64,000 bases of DNA from a virus: positions 1-64,000 of the IMG/VR virus record IMGVR_UViG_3300005077_000003, one strand, 5' to 3'. This document shows positions 37,964 to 48,109 of this stretch, one piece after another; position 1 is the stretch's first letter, and every line of letters starts with the position of its first letter. The notes under the pieces are model-generated. The model saw nothing but the letters and a program-made list of their open reading frames with translations, did no database searches and was not told where the DNA came from. A program made the position numbers and the translations under genes.

Positions 37964-39298
37964 TTAAAGTATTTCCTGTTTTATTCTAAGATTATTTTGT
38001 TTATCAAGGTTCAATAGATAAGAATCTCTATCCCAGTTGTTTGTAATACGATTGCATCTATCTACTAATTCCGCTTGTGATATTTCATCGCTATAACATG
38101 TATCGTTAAAAGCTTTATTGAATACATCAGCATCTTGTTTAAAAACATTTACCCAAATAGAATGTGCTTGTTCTCTTGTTAACCTATTAAACTTAATAAT
38201 ATCAAATAGTCTGCCTTTGCGCAAAATAGCATCGTCTAGATTGGATATAACTTGGTTTGTTGCAATAATAATCTTGTTATCAAAAGAGCTAAATACACCT
38301 TGGCCAAATGTAAGTATGCTGTTTAAAACATTATTTCTAGAAGAGCCATTGGCTGGCTTCTTTAATAGAGAAGCATCAAAATCATCAAATATCAGTAAGT
38401 GAGTATCATCTGTTGCCATACTTGTCCAAAATTCTTGGTTATTAATGACATTTTCATCTTTTGTATAGGTACATACAATATCTCTTTTGTATGCTTCTAC
38501 ACATATTTTCCTAATAAACGATGTTTTACCCGTACCTGGTATGCCTTCTAAGATTAATATAGGTGCATCACTACTAAAAAATATGCTTATTAGTTTGTCT
38601 ACATTTAGCTCTGGATACAATTCATCAGTATATTTAAAAGCTTTAAGTTCTTTTAGAATGGAACAAGTTTGTAAACCATAATTATTAACATAACTTACAT
38701 TTATACTAAATGAATTTTGTTTATCTTCTTCTTTAATTTCAAAATGTAAGGTTAAATATTCTAATATTTCACTGCCAATAGTTTCATTATTGCACATTAC
38801 AATAATGGGGAGAACTGTGGTTTCTTTTGCATCTTTATCAAGTAATACTTCTGTATTCCCCAACGCTATGACAAAATCAACTTGATGCTTGTAAATATTT
38901 TTAATGGAGACTCTAATATATTTATATTTGTTATCGTTTAAGTTAAGGGAGATTGGATCATCATAAGAAAACTTATCAGAATTAGGACTTCCTACGTCTA
39001 GTCCAAACTTTTGACGTATATACTTTACATTTTTATAAAGAAATGAAAATGAACTAGCATTTTGTTCTTTATCAATAAATGATCTAATATATTTTAATTG
39101 TGTATAAATAACAGACCTATACCACAATTCCCTATTAGGATCAACAGTTAGCGTAAACTCATTATTAAATCCTTCCATACTATATGTGTATGAAACAGAG
39201 TTACATAAAGGAAGTGATTCTTTGCTAATAAAAGTATTAAGTAAATCAACTGCATCTTTGTCGGTCATTTTAAGTTTCTTTTTTCTTTTAGTTGACAT
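37964..39298 (-). CDS. AAA+ ATPase
   Basis: GIPGTGKT, LIFDDFD, IIATN, AILRKGRLFD. Confidence 0.88.
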   Translation of the reverse strand: MSTKRKKKLKMTDKDAVDLLNTFISKESLPLCNSVSYTYSMEGFNNEFTLTVDPNRELWYRSVIYTQLKYIRSFIDKEQNASSFSFLYKNVKYIRQKFGLDVGSPNSDKFSYDDPISLNLNDNKYKYIRVSIKNIYKHQVDFVIALGNTEVLLDKDAKETTVLPIIVMCNNETIGSEILEYLTLHFEIKEEDKQNSFSINVSYVNNYGLQTCSILKELKAFKYTDELYPELNVDKLISIFFSSDAPILILEGIPGTGKTSFIRKICVEAYKRDIVCTYTKDENVINNQEFWTSMATDDTHLLIFDDFDASLLKKPANGSSRNNVLNSILTFGQGVFSSFDNKIIIATNQVISNLDDAILRKGRLFDIIKFNRLTREQAHSIWVNVFKQDADVFNKAFNDTCYSDEISQAELVDRCNRITNNWDRDSYLLNLDKQNNLRIKQEIL

Positions 39299-39316
39299 AT
39301 TGTATGTTAATAAAAA

Positions 39317-39343
39317 TAGGCAGGACTTTTTGAATCCTGCCTA
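39317..39343 (-). terminator. Intrinsic terminator
   Basis: TAGGCAGGA...TCCTGCCTA followed by TTTTT. Confidence 0.75.
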
Positions 39344-39394
39344 TAAGTGGAGTTTTTCTCTCCACGGCGAAGAACCTTGCCTACGAAGGCGAGG

Positions 39395-40180
39395 TTAGTT
39401 TCTATAGTAGATTATTTCTCCCTTCAGTGTTGCATGTGAAGCGTAATATACTTCAGTCAACCCAATAATTGATGCAGTAAATGCTGTCCAGCCTTGACAA
39501 TCCAATTGCAGTCTAATGGTTGGAGTGGTAACACTTACTTGTATTGGTTCTCCATATACAAATGGATCACTACCTTGAACATCATGGTGACTTCCACCGC
39601 TAGTTCCTTTGTAGTCTTTTACTCCATCAGCTGGTGTATAAGGAAATACATTTTCGCTATTGTAGGCATATGCAATTTTGCCATATGATCTGGCTGCATC
39701 TACCAACTGATATGTGGTATTCCCTACTACCATAGATAGCGTACAATCCCAATGATTGTCAGAGATTTCATCTAGGTCATCTCTGTCAGGCCAATGTTTA
39801 TTATTATGATTTGGCCAATACCATCCTGCTGCTAGCTTTCCTTTAGCGTAAGTATCATAGTTCATATACTCAATGCCAATAAACCAGTCTACCTCTAGAT
39901 CTACACCAGCTTGTAAGCTAGTATAAGTTCCCCATTCTGGTTTAAAACCTGGAAAGACTAGTGTTGTAGGAAAACAACAAGATGCTGGATCATGTACAAT
40001 AAATGGGATTACTACTTTAGTTGGATCAGACAAGTCTGGAGTACCAATTTCTACATTTTCATTACTCCATTCTTTATTACTTTGTAATTGAATAATTTCA
40101 GACTCTACTCTTGGTAGAATAGAAAAATATGTTTTTGTGTTAACTAAAGGTAGTACAGTAAGTAGGCTTAAAAAAATCAT
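39395..40180 (-). CDS. Secreted protein with DG..DY.G.SG motif (paralogue 3)
   Basis: Hydrophobic N-terminus; TPADGVKDYKGTSGG. Confidence 0.6.
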   Translation of the reverse strand: MIFLSLLTVLPLVNTKTYFSILPRVESEIIQLQSNKEWSNENVEIGTPDLSDPTKVVIPFIVHDPASCCFPTTLVFPGFKPEWGTYTSLQAGVDLEVDWFIGIEYMNYDTYAKGKLAAGWYWPNHNNKHWPDRDDLDEISDNHWDCTLSMVVGNTTYQLVDAARSYGKIAYAYNSENVFPYTPADGVKDYKGTSGGSHHDVQGSDPFVYGEPIQVSVTTPTIRLQLDCQGWTAFTASIIGLTEVYYASHATLKGEIIYYRN

Positions 40181-40229
40181 TTTATTTTTTTTCTATGGGT
40201 AAATTCATAGGTGTAACTTATGATGATAT

Positions 40230-41705
40230 GCTGGTTTTATGCAGTAAAACCAGCAAAACTGCTTGGTTGATTTTTAATGTAAGTGACCCAGACGAACACC
40301 AAGAAACTTGGGTTTTACAATAGTAGGGATGAAGTTAACTTCAACCTACGCTGGAACTCTAGAAGTGGAATAGTGTATCGTTTAGGGGCTATTCCTACCC
40401 GCCGTACATATTGTACGATCTTTCTTATACCACAACTTCTAGAGTTATTTGGCGGCAGCCTTAGCTGATGGTAACACTGTTATGATGACCATGGAATATA
40501 ACTATCTAAATACCATCAGCCTTATACAGGCTAGCATGGTCTAGGGCTGCCCACCTGTGCTAATTGGTAGGACCCGCTACGTCAGCGCACTGACACCGGG
40601 GCTTAGGGATTTTGCTGCATCCCTGCTGCGGCCGAACCTACCTCACCCTCCTAGTTATCCCTAATTCTAGGTTTAATGGCTGTTAGGGCAGCCTCCCCGT
40701 TGTTCACCCAGCAGGGATCTGGGAAGTTGAGAAGATACTAGCCTTATCCATCCTCTTGTGGACTAGTTCATCAAGAGGCCTCGCTCTCAACTGTGTCATT
40801 AGATGTAAAGTAGGCTGAGACTACACCTACTAACTGACCGGTCTTGGTGCCCGTATGATTATAACTTAGGCCTTATCCACCAACCTATGTTGGTATCCAG
40901 TCACAGCAGCCTTTTTGAATAGGTGGCGGTTCCTATGTGCTGTCAAACTACTCAATAGCTTTCATTAAGCCAACGCTGCCGCGCTGTTCGTATTGCTACC
41001 TACTACTCGCTGTCCACTATCAACACAATCATCCTTCCGGGAATCATGTGCCTGTATTCATCCGAAGATGTACAGGATTATGCTGCTTTCGCTTGACATC
41101 CGGCCAGGTTTGTGGTTTCTTCTAGTTTGTAGGCAGGACTCGAACCTGCAACCTATCGTTCCTAAAACGACTGAGCTACCAATTGCTCCACTACGTTTAC
41201 GTGAAGACCCCCTGGCCGAATGGTTCCTATATCTTTTGGATATAGAAATGCCAAGGATCTTCTAATGGCTACCTATTAGCTATAGGTTTAACCGGTTAGT
41301 ATGGACTTTGTCTCCGACTTCATAAAATCCACCGGAACCAAAGCACCAAGTAACTGCACTTCGCCTTTTGTTGCTATCCTTCAGACTCTGTGCTACCCTT
41401 TGTCTCTCATATATTCACTAGTTTGCATCCTATCCTCCTTGCGGGAGGAAATTGACCTGATCACCGTTGGCCACAGGCACTTGTCGGCTAGCGTCATATT
41501 TATTCACCCCAGGAGGGTAAACTAGGAGACTCGGCTTGCATGAATGGACCAAAATTAATTGGCGGGTTCCTCGTAACGCAGAATCCCTTTGGGCATATTA
41601 CTATGCTTGTCCTTAGCGACATCATGCTGCCGTACACTTACTCGCATAAGTGAGTAGTGTACTAGTTGTCAAAGAGTTTATTCACGCTCTCTCTTTGAGA
41701 GCTTA
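40230..41705 (-). ncRNA. Large structured non-coding RNA candidate (~1.45 kb), GOLLD/ROOL-like context
   Basis: No convincing ORF; many perfect stems including long-range pairs; cUUCGg and GCAA loops on minus strand; embedded tRNA-like module. Confidence 0.7.
41126..41197 (-). tRNA. tRNA-like element (anticodon UAG) with only a 4-bp acceptor stem, embedded in the large RNA
   Basis: GAGC-AATTGGTA-GCTC D arm, GTCGT-TT TAG GA-ACGAT, GCAGG-TTCGAGT-CCTGC T arm; no CCA. Confidence 0.6.
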
Positions 41706-41942
41706 ATTGAAAAAAGAATTTTCTTTAGTGAATATCGTTCTATTTCCCACTCTTATTTAAGTTCTAATACTTCTTGACCTTCCCAAAAATCATTTTCATA
41801 TGAATCCTCCCATATGTCCACAATCTTTGTCCCTATATCATCCTTTTCTTCAAGAAGTTCAATTCGTTCACGTTCTAGGATAGCCTTAATAATACTATTG
41901 CGTAAGGTTGCTCTGCGATTAGTATCCATTTTTAAATACTAC

Positions 41943-42221
41943 TTAAGAATTAAATACTTGTACTTTAATTAGTTTAGGAAAGCAAGTGTGTGAGAGCCAC
42001 TGCCAACCAGCAGACATATTAATGTCTTCGATTGGTTCAGCTGGTTCAACTATATTATTCATTACTTTTAGGGCTTCTGCCCTTTGTTTTTCATTCAGAT
42101 CCTTACATAGGATTTCTAGTTGTTTTACTACTCCTTCCCTAGTTGGCTTACCAAGAGTTCTTACTATCACATTCCCAGTACTAATAGGAATTGTAGTAAC
42201 AAATTGTAGTTTGTAAGTCAT
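41943..42221 (-). CDS. Hypothetical protein
   Basis: ORF track. Confidence 0.5.
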   Translation of the reverse strand: MTYKLQFVTTIPISTGNVIVRTLGKPTREGVVKQLEILCKDLNEKQRAEALKVMNNIVEPAEPIEDINMSAGWQWLSHTCFPKLIKVQVFNS

Positions 42222-42454
42222 TTCCTCTTCCTTTTATCTAAGTACAGTCTTACAAGTTGTTCAATAGTATATTGATCATTTTTATTGTTTATTACAGTAT
42301 AAAATATTTCTATTGCCTGAAATGCGGTAATGGGAGCTATTATAAGAAAATAAATACCAACAAATATTGTAGTAATACTATGAATTATTGCTATAATAAA
42401 TAATATAGCAATAAATATAGTATCAATCAGGAGTTTTTTCACCTTTTTTAGCAT
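42218..42454 (-). CDS. Small membrane protein
   Basis: Long hydrophobic stretch. Confidence 0.55.
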   Translation of the reverse strand: MLKKVKKLLIDTIFIAILFIIAIIHSITTIFVGIYFLIIAPITAFQAIEIFYTVINNKNDQYTIEQLVRLYLDKRKRK

Positions 42455-42608
42455 CGTCTTCTAACCAATTTAAGCGCATATTAATGTGATTAATGTCCAT
42501 TTTTACTTGTTTTAAGTCTTCTACAAGTTTTAACACATCAGCAAACAATTTAGAATGTGCTTCTACTTGTTTATCAAACCTAAATTCAAGCCTTTCTAGT
42601 TGTTCCAT
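42423..42608 (-). CDS. Small coiled-coil protein
   Basis: Heptad pattern. Confidence 0.5.
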   Translation of the reverse strand: MEQLERLEFRFDKQVEAHSKLFADVLKLVEDLKQVKMDINHINMRLNWLEDDAKKGEKTPD

Positions 42609-42808
42609 ATTAGGGCGAGGTGCCTTTGTAGATAGTAAAAAAGTTGCTATTACATTATCTTAGTAGCAGTACATCTACTATATTTAGTAGGCATCGTGTT
42701 TCTGTTAGATCTGGATGGCGTAATCGGTAAATTGTAAACAATACGCCGATGTAGATAATAATGGCCATCATAAGCTATGTTATCAAATCACGTTTTTTCA
42801 TTATATTG

Positions 42809-43174
42809 TTACCAGCTTACCTGGCCCAATAAACTTTCAGCTTCTGGCGAGTACATATACCTAAGTCCAAGAAGCAGGACAGATAGTACTGTTGCTTGAG
42901 TTACTGTACACATAAATGCTGTGGGTCCAGGACCCAAAAGCATTGAGAACATGACGAAAAGTAGTGCAGTCAGCGCAATGTCAGCTGCTAGCATATGTTT
43001 CGCCATCAGTCTTTTTAACCATACTGGGAACTTGTTGACCAGGAACCACAGGGCCATTGTTGACACCAGGCCCATAAACATTCCTGCCTGGATAAAGCCC
43101 CCAACAACAGTTGCGAAAAGGAGCGAAGCTCCAATTACAACAGGGAAACTATTCTTTAGCAGTAGTTCTTTCAT
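42809..43174 (-). CDS. Multi-pass membrane protein
   Basis: About four hydrophobic segments; GGAGG-like RBS. Confidence 0.65.
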   Translation of the reverse strand: MKELLLKNSFPVVIGASLLFATVVGGFIQAGMFMGLVSTMALWFLVNKFPVWLKRLMAKHMLAADIALTALLFVMFSMLLGPGPTAFMCTVTQATVLSVLLLGLRYMYSPEAESLLGQVSW

Positions 43175-43376
43175 TTTCCTCCGTTCACTTGAAAATAAAA
43201 GTAGCCTTCTACTTTTACGCAGAAGGCTACTGTGTAGGCTGGCGTCTTTTATGCTATTCTCTACACCTACCGATAGAGGCTAACAGGGTGTTGATTGCTT
43301 ATGTCAGCACGCCAATGACCTAATGCTACCGTATTTTGGTAGCATTAGGTCACAGGAAAAAAGAATGGTGGACAGA

Positions 43377-44057
43377 CTATTCTTCGAGTTTGTCCATCTT
43401 TTGGTTGGCAGCATTGCTGCTGCCAGTCACTTTCAGGTTAGTCCAGAAAGCGGTCTCGGAGTCTGGCGAACCAGACGGAGACAAGATGACCAGCATGCGC
43501 CCCGCACTATAGCGGGGTTTGCTGTCGCCAAAGAAGTCCTGATCAAACCCTTGAGTAGAGGGTATCTCAAGGATCGCTTGGAGAACCTGGTTGGTCTCAG
43601 CGTTGCACATCTCGATTGCCTCACTAAAGGCAATCGCGGGAACGCGCGCATCTCGGAGCTGCTGGGCAAGCTTTTGGGCGTGGACGCCACGTTTCAGCTC
43701 AACGAGCGGAATAGACCACCAAGTTCCTCGTTCGCGTTTAACAGGATTTAATGTGGCAACGTCAATATTGCGCATGCCGTCTCTAGTCATCTTGTTGATA
43801 GACAAGCTACCAACAAGTTTTTGGTCATCACCAATGATTTTGGCTGCTTCATTCAGCAGCCTGACACGCCGTGTGGACATGAAGATATTAATACCTTCAT
43901 GCCCTTCCGCAGCTATCTGGGGAGCGGACTTGGAGAAGTAAGCTTCGAAGGTCTTTGCGATCTTATCAACAACGTTCATCAGAGGTTCTTGGTTAAGAGT
44001 TTTGGAAGAGCGACCAAAGCCGCTCAAGAAAGTCGCAACAGAAAAGGGAATTTTCAA
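43377..44057 (-). CDS. Hypothetical protein
   Basis: ORF track; co-oriented. Confidence 0.6.
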   Translation of the reverse strand: MKIPFSVATFLSGFGRSSKTLNQEPLMNVVDKIAKTFEAYFSKSAPQIAAEGHEGINIFMSTRRVRLLNEAAKIIGDDQKLVGSLSINKMTRDGMRNIDVATLNPVKRERGTWWSIPLVELKRGVHAQKLAQQLRDARVPAIAFSEAIEMCNAETNQVLQAILEIPSTQGFDQDFFGDSKPRYSAGRMLVILSPSGSPDSETAFWTNLKVTGSSNAANQKMDKLEE

Positions 44058-44063
44058 GGTAAT

Positions 44064-44297
44064 TCATTCAAGGTACACAGGTCCAAAGTTGCTAAAGAAC
44101 TCAGGATCAATTAGGCTATTTAGCCATTTGTATCCCTTGCTAACTGCGAGCTTATTTGTGAAAATATCAAAATATCTCTTGATATAGTGATAGTCATCTT
44201 CATATGATTCACATAGAAGCTCCCATGCGGTCATTGGATCATTTGCAATTACGATGATTGCTTGACCGTCGTTTCTATTGAAGGCAAATCTTTTCAT
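44064..44297 (-). CDS. Hypothetical protein
   Basis: ORF track. Confidence 0.55.
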   Translation of the reverse strand: MKRFAFNRNDGQAIIVIANDPMTAWELLCESYEDDYHYIKRYFDIFTNKLAVSKGYKWLNSLIDPEFFSNFGPVYLE

Positions 44298-45782
44298 TTA
44301 TATCCTGCTATAGCCTACTGTTGTTTGTGGAATTGCTTCCCCGACAATGTCACAAAACAACACTATTTGGACATTCTCACGCTGTTCTTGTTTGGGGAAT
44401 CTTATCATGAATGAGCCAGGAGGGATATTGACTACCCAGTAAGCTTGGCGCACATAGTGTACTTTTTCGCCTACTACTTTCCAGCCCCAGTTAACACCTG
44501 TCCAGAATGGCTCTTTTTCCTGTGCAGTTTCCGACTTTATACACGTTTTCACTGTTCCTTTAGCAACCTTGCTAAGGAACGTGCTCACTAACGTGCTACC
44601 AAACGACGGACAATAGCAATATTTCCCTTGTGGATGGTATTCTTTACCCTTTTCGGGTGAAAGCTGATAGCTTCCCACGAACGGAATACCTCCACTAACG
44701 AACTTCTTGAAGATATGTCCGTTGACTGCTTCTTCTTTGAACTCCTGTTTGGGAGTCCACCATCTGTCAACAAATAGTGGATGGTTCCCGTCAAACAAGA
44801 TACCCACCCTGGGGTACCAGGCACCTGCTCTATTGTACATAATAGGTAGATACTTTTTTTTCTCGGGTATCACATCAAAATCATCAATATCAACTCCGCT
44901 GAGTTGGTATTGGATTCTGCTAATCAGGGGTGAAATGTACCATTCGCCCTCTGATTTATGAATTGAAACAATGTTGCGGTCTCGCATCCAACGAAGTGTT
45001 GGAACGAGTATTGCATTTACTGGGTGGGCTTCCTTGTCATACATCTTCCACTCACCTGTCAGAAAGTCAAGCTTTCTGAGTGGGAGTGACGAAAGAGCTG
45101 TTTTCGGTTTACCCTTTTCCAGATCCTCTTCCTGGTTCCGCCATAACCAAAAGAGGATCTGTTCCACATTGGGGCCAAAGCCTTTCTTGGGGATTATAAC
45201 ATCACAAATGGATGTAACCCTGTAAACATTGGCGGTTTCTGCCCCATATGGCTCATCGTTGTTCCAGGTGTTTACTGGAGTGTTAGGATACAATGCTTGT
45301 CGCATTATACTGATTTCATAATTGGCTTCCGTGGCAACAAGCTGCCATCCGTCCTTAAATCTATGGAATTCTCCATAGTACTCAGGACCATTTGGTACTA
45401 CAGAGTTTTCACCCAACTCTGTAAAGACAACAGACTGGCTGGTAATATCCCAGCAGTCGTCTTGTTTGCCACCATCAATGAATGGCAATTTATCCTTATC
45501 AAGAACCCAAATGGCTTGTTTTAGCAGCCTAAGAAGAGCGTTGGCTGCTCGGAGTTCTTCTCCCCATTTCAACAAAGACGCCAAATCCTCTGCTGCTACA
45601 ACGATTTCTTCAATCGTTGTAGCCCATTGCTTAGCCGCAGAGTATTTGGCGGCAATGTTTTCGATGCACGCGTACTCGCGCCCAACGACATCCTTGACTA
45701 GATTGATTTCAATGGCTTCTTGTTCTTTACGCTCAGCTACTTCCTCATCAAAGAACACGATTTCCTCCGCCGCATCGAACAT
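44298..45782 (-). CDS. Hypothetical protein, 494 aa
   Basis: Long ORF with GAGGAG RBS. Confidence 0.7.
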   Translation of the reverse strand: MFDAAEEIVFFDEEVAERKEQEAIEINLVKDVVGREYACIENIAAKYSAAKQWATTIEEIVVAAEDLASLLKWGEELRAANALLRLLKQAIWVLDKDKLPFIDGGKQDDCWDITSQSVVFTELGENSVVPNGPEYYGEFHRFKDGWQLVATEANYEISIMRQALYPNTPVNTWNNDEPYGAETANVYRVTSICDVIIPKKGFGPNVEQILFWLWRNQEEDLEKGKPKTALSSLPLRKLDFLTGEWKMYDKEAHPVNAILVPTLRWMRDRNIVSIHKSEGEWYISPLISRIQYQLSGVDIDDFDVIPEKKKYLPIMYNRAGAWYPRVGILFDGNHPLFVDRWWTPKQEFKEEAVNGHIFKKFVSGGIPFVGSYQLSPEKGKEYHPQGKYCYCPSFGSTLVSTFLSKVAKGTVKTCIKSETAQEKEPFWTGVNWGWKVVGEKVHYVRQAYWVVNIPPGSFMIRFPKQEQRENVQIVLFCDIVGEAIPQTTVGYSRI

Positions 45783-45786
45783 TACT

Positions 45787-46104
45787 TTACTCCTCTTTTT
45801 GATTCTCCTCGACGCTATTTCTTTGCTTGGCGGTTTCTACAAGTTCAACCAAAACATCCCCATGACAACTATTAGGTTTGCACCAGCAACCTAGTATTTT
45901 GCCTTCCAACTCATGCAAATCATTGAGTAGATGTTTACCATCTCCCTCAGTGATCCATGTTCTGTATGCTTCTATGGCATCTTCGCGCGTCCCTACTACG
46001 TACTGAGCTTTTGTACCAGGTTTATGACTAAATGGGTTACCCCATTTACTTGGTCTACCTATGTAGACATCATATTTGTCACATTTACAGTGTACTACCT
46101 TCAC
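45787..46104 (-). CDS. DUF4326-family protein
   Basis: VVHCK...YDVYIGRPSKWGNPF...LEGKILGCWCKP..CHGDVL. Confidence 0.88.
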   Translation of the reverse strand: MKVVHCKCDKYDVYIGRPSKWGNPFSHKPGTKAQYVVGTREDAIEAYRTWITEGDGKHLLNDLHELEGKILGCWCKPNSCHGDVLVELVETAKQRNSVEENQKEE

Positions 46105-46268
46105 GACTTCTCCTAATCGCGCTTTTTGTGGTTTCCCAGGTTATTGTTTAGCTCCTCTTACTGTTGCCTGAACAGTGCCTCCATAGCACAGCTCTCACAA
46201 GCACAGCAGAATTATGAAACAAATATAAATGTACAATATATAAATATATTGTACATCTACATACCCGA

Positions 46269-46778
46269 CTATTCTATCTTCTTTGTGGTCAGCTTCTTAA
46301 GAAGCTTCATTCTCAACCCAATACCTGCGCAAAAGCCTTTACAGGCTATCACGTGACCTTTGGAATCCCTTACCGCCTCTCCTGGATAAATAAGGTCGTA
46401 CCTGTTTATTGTGGAAGGATGTTCTGCTACTAAAGCAGAAACGATAACCCAGGTTCCCGCCTCTTGTTTTGGAAGACCTTCAGGTTCTCCAAGTGTAGTC
46501 TCTACAACAGAGAAGTCTTCCAAGTAGCCCAAAGGCCTTCTTCTGGCCTCTAAACGGGGTGCTGCCCCGTTTGGTGGGTAGGTCCTACTATTACCATCAT
46601 TGTCAAGCACTATAATAGAATGTGGAGTAAAGTTCTTGAACGTGGGTCTGAAGACCGAATCTACCCATGCAATATGGGCGTCTTCATATTCTTTTGAATC
46701 CTCCCCATATTCCCTTATGAAGTAGTCGAGATCAATCGGAACTGCATTCACGAGGCCCAAATTACTTGAGTATTTCAT
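46269..46778 (-). CDS. Conserved hypothetical protein (NxTPH family)
   Basis: NFTPHSI...GLPKQEAGTWVIVSALVA...DLIYPG..VRD..G.VI.C. Confidence 0.6.
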   Translation of the reverse strand: MKYSSNLGLVNAVPIDLDYFIREYGEDSKEYEDAHIAWVDSVFRPTFKNFTPHSIIVLDNDGNSRTYPPNGAAPRLEARRRPLGYLEDFSVVETTLGEPEGLPKQEAGTWVIVSALVAEHPSTINRYDLIYPGEAVRDSKGHVIACKGFCAGIGLRMKLLKKLTTKKIE

Positions 46779-47567
46779 GTTATCTTCTCCTAGAGTATCT
46801 AAAACCTATCTAAACCACTTCAAACACCCAAACACCTCATAACACCCAGCCCCCGGCTGTGTCCAGGCGAAAAGACCTTTTTCAAGGTTTTCGCCAAGGT
46901 GATTAGCAATACTAACACACTATATGTTGTGGTTTGATTTCAGCATACTATTAGAGGTAAAATTGGTATTCTACCCCTAGAGCAAACCTTCCATTTCGCT
47001 ATCAAGAAATAGGAAGTTGCATATTACAACAGGCCCCAAAAAGGGCCTGTTTTGTAAACTGACACCACTATATATAGTGTGTTCACCACCTATTACTGCT
47101 GGTTCGTGTTATAGGTTCTGCATGCTAACAACTCCGTTGTTAGGGAAGAGGATACAAAGAAAGGAGGGTTTTCCAACCCCCCCAAAGTATTAGCGCCGGA
47201 GCCTACTTTAGGTCCTAATACCGAAATATATTGAATTTCGGTACTACTACCTAATTTTTACACTTTTGCTCTCACCCTACAAGGGGAGAGGCCGGAGCCC
47301 GCCTTTTTTCTTTTCGCGGGCTCCTTTGTGTTGTCCCCGTCTCTCCTTGGCGGCTTTCGCCGCCTTTGTTCTTTTGTTTGCCCTTTGTTCGCCGCTGTCG
47401 CGGCTCTTTGTCGGGCTTTTGTCTGTTGGTTGGTTGTCGCTCGCCCCCTGTTGGGGGCTCGCTATCCCGCACCTAGCCACAACATCACCTTAAAGGCGAT
47501 GATGGCCATGATCGTTGCTGCAACAATGAAGCGCAGCACGATCGCCGCGGCTTTCCGTGCTCGCATG

Positions 47568-47795
47568 TTATACCTTCTTGTAGTTGTTGTCAACCCACCA
47601 CTTCCGGTAGGCTCTCAGGCTCCCTCCGTGTTTTGCTATGGCAGCCCTGCTTGGATCAACAGGGCACCAGAACGAGTGAAGTTGAGAGAGCGTCTCCGGC
47701 GGTCCACAGACCGGACACGCGAGACGGGGGTCCTTTCTCTCTAGAATGGGCCACATCAGGCCCCAATCCACAGTGATCACTTCATCCATTTTCAA
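47568..47795 (-). CDS. Hypothetical protein, CxxC
   Basis: AGGAG RBS; CPVCG. Confidence 0.5.
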   Translation of the reverse strand: MKMDEVITVDWGLMWPILERKDPRLACPVCGPPETLSQLHSFWCPVDPSRAAIAKHGGSLRAYRKWWVDNNYKKV

Positions 47796-47896
47796 CTCCT
47801 TTCGGACGTAGCGAGGGCTACTGGCTCCTCTTCAGGCGCATACAACCACGTATGCGCTAGGAGAGGAGGAGCCCTTGCGGGCTCCTCCTATGTTAA

Positions 47897-48109
47897 TCAG
47901 CGATCACCGAGGTAATCCCCGGTGAAGGCGTCGAACACAGCCACTCGCTGCTGGCCGTACTCGACAAACGTGACGATGGCCGCCCATCGCCACAACCCGT
48001 CCATGTCCTGGACTTTGTCCAGGTGCATGAACTTGCTCTCCGGCATCTTCCGGAGAGCCTCCTCTGCCACGCCGTCGGGGCACTCTCGCCCCAGGGCATC
48101 TTTCCTCAT
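47897..48109 (-). CDS. Hypothetical protein
   Basis: ORF track; GC-rich early-type region. Confidence 0.55.
   Translation of the reverse strand: MRKDALGRECPDGVAEEALRKMPESKFMHLDKVQDMDGLWRWAAIVTFVEYGQQRVAVFDAFTGDYLGDR

Noticed and set aside
41126-41197. Amber suppressor tRNA
   Set aside because: Anticodon UAG reads CUA (Leu); an amber suppressor would need anticodon CUA
40283-41525. Plus-strand ORFs at 40283, 40937, 40993 and 41301
   Set aside because: Short, opposite to regional orientation, no motifs, and lying over structured RNA
41290-41545. RNase P RNA or group II domain V within the large RNA
   Set aside because: AAAGTCC-like and CGGCTT-like motifs fall on opposite strands, and the AAGCCG is not followed by a domain V hairpin
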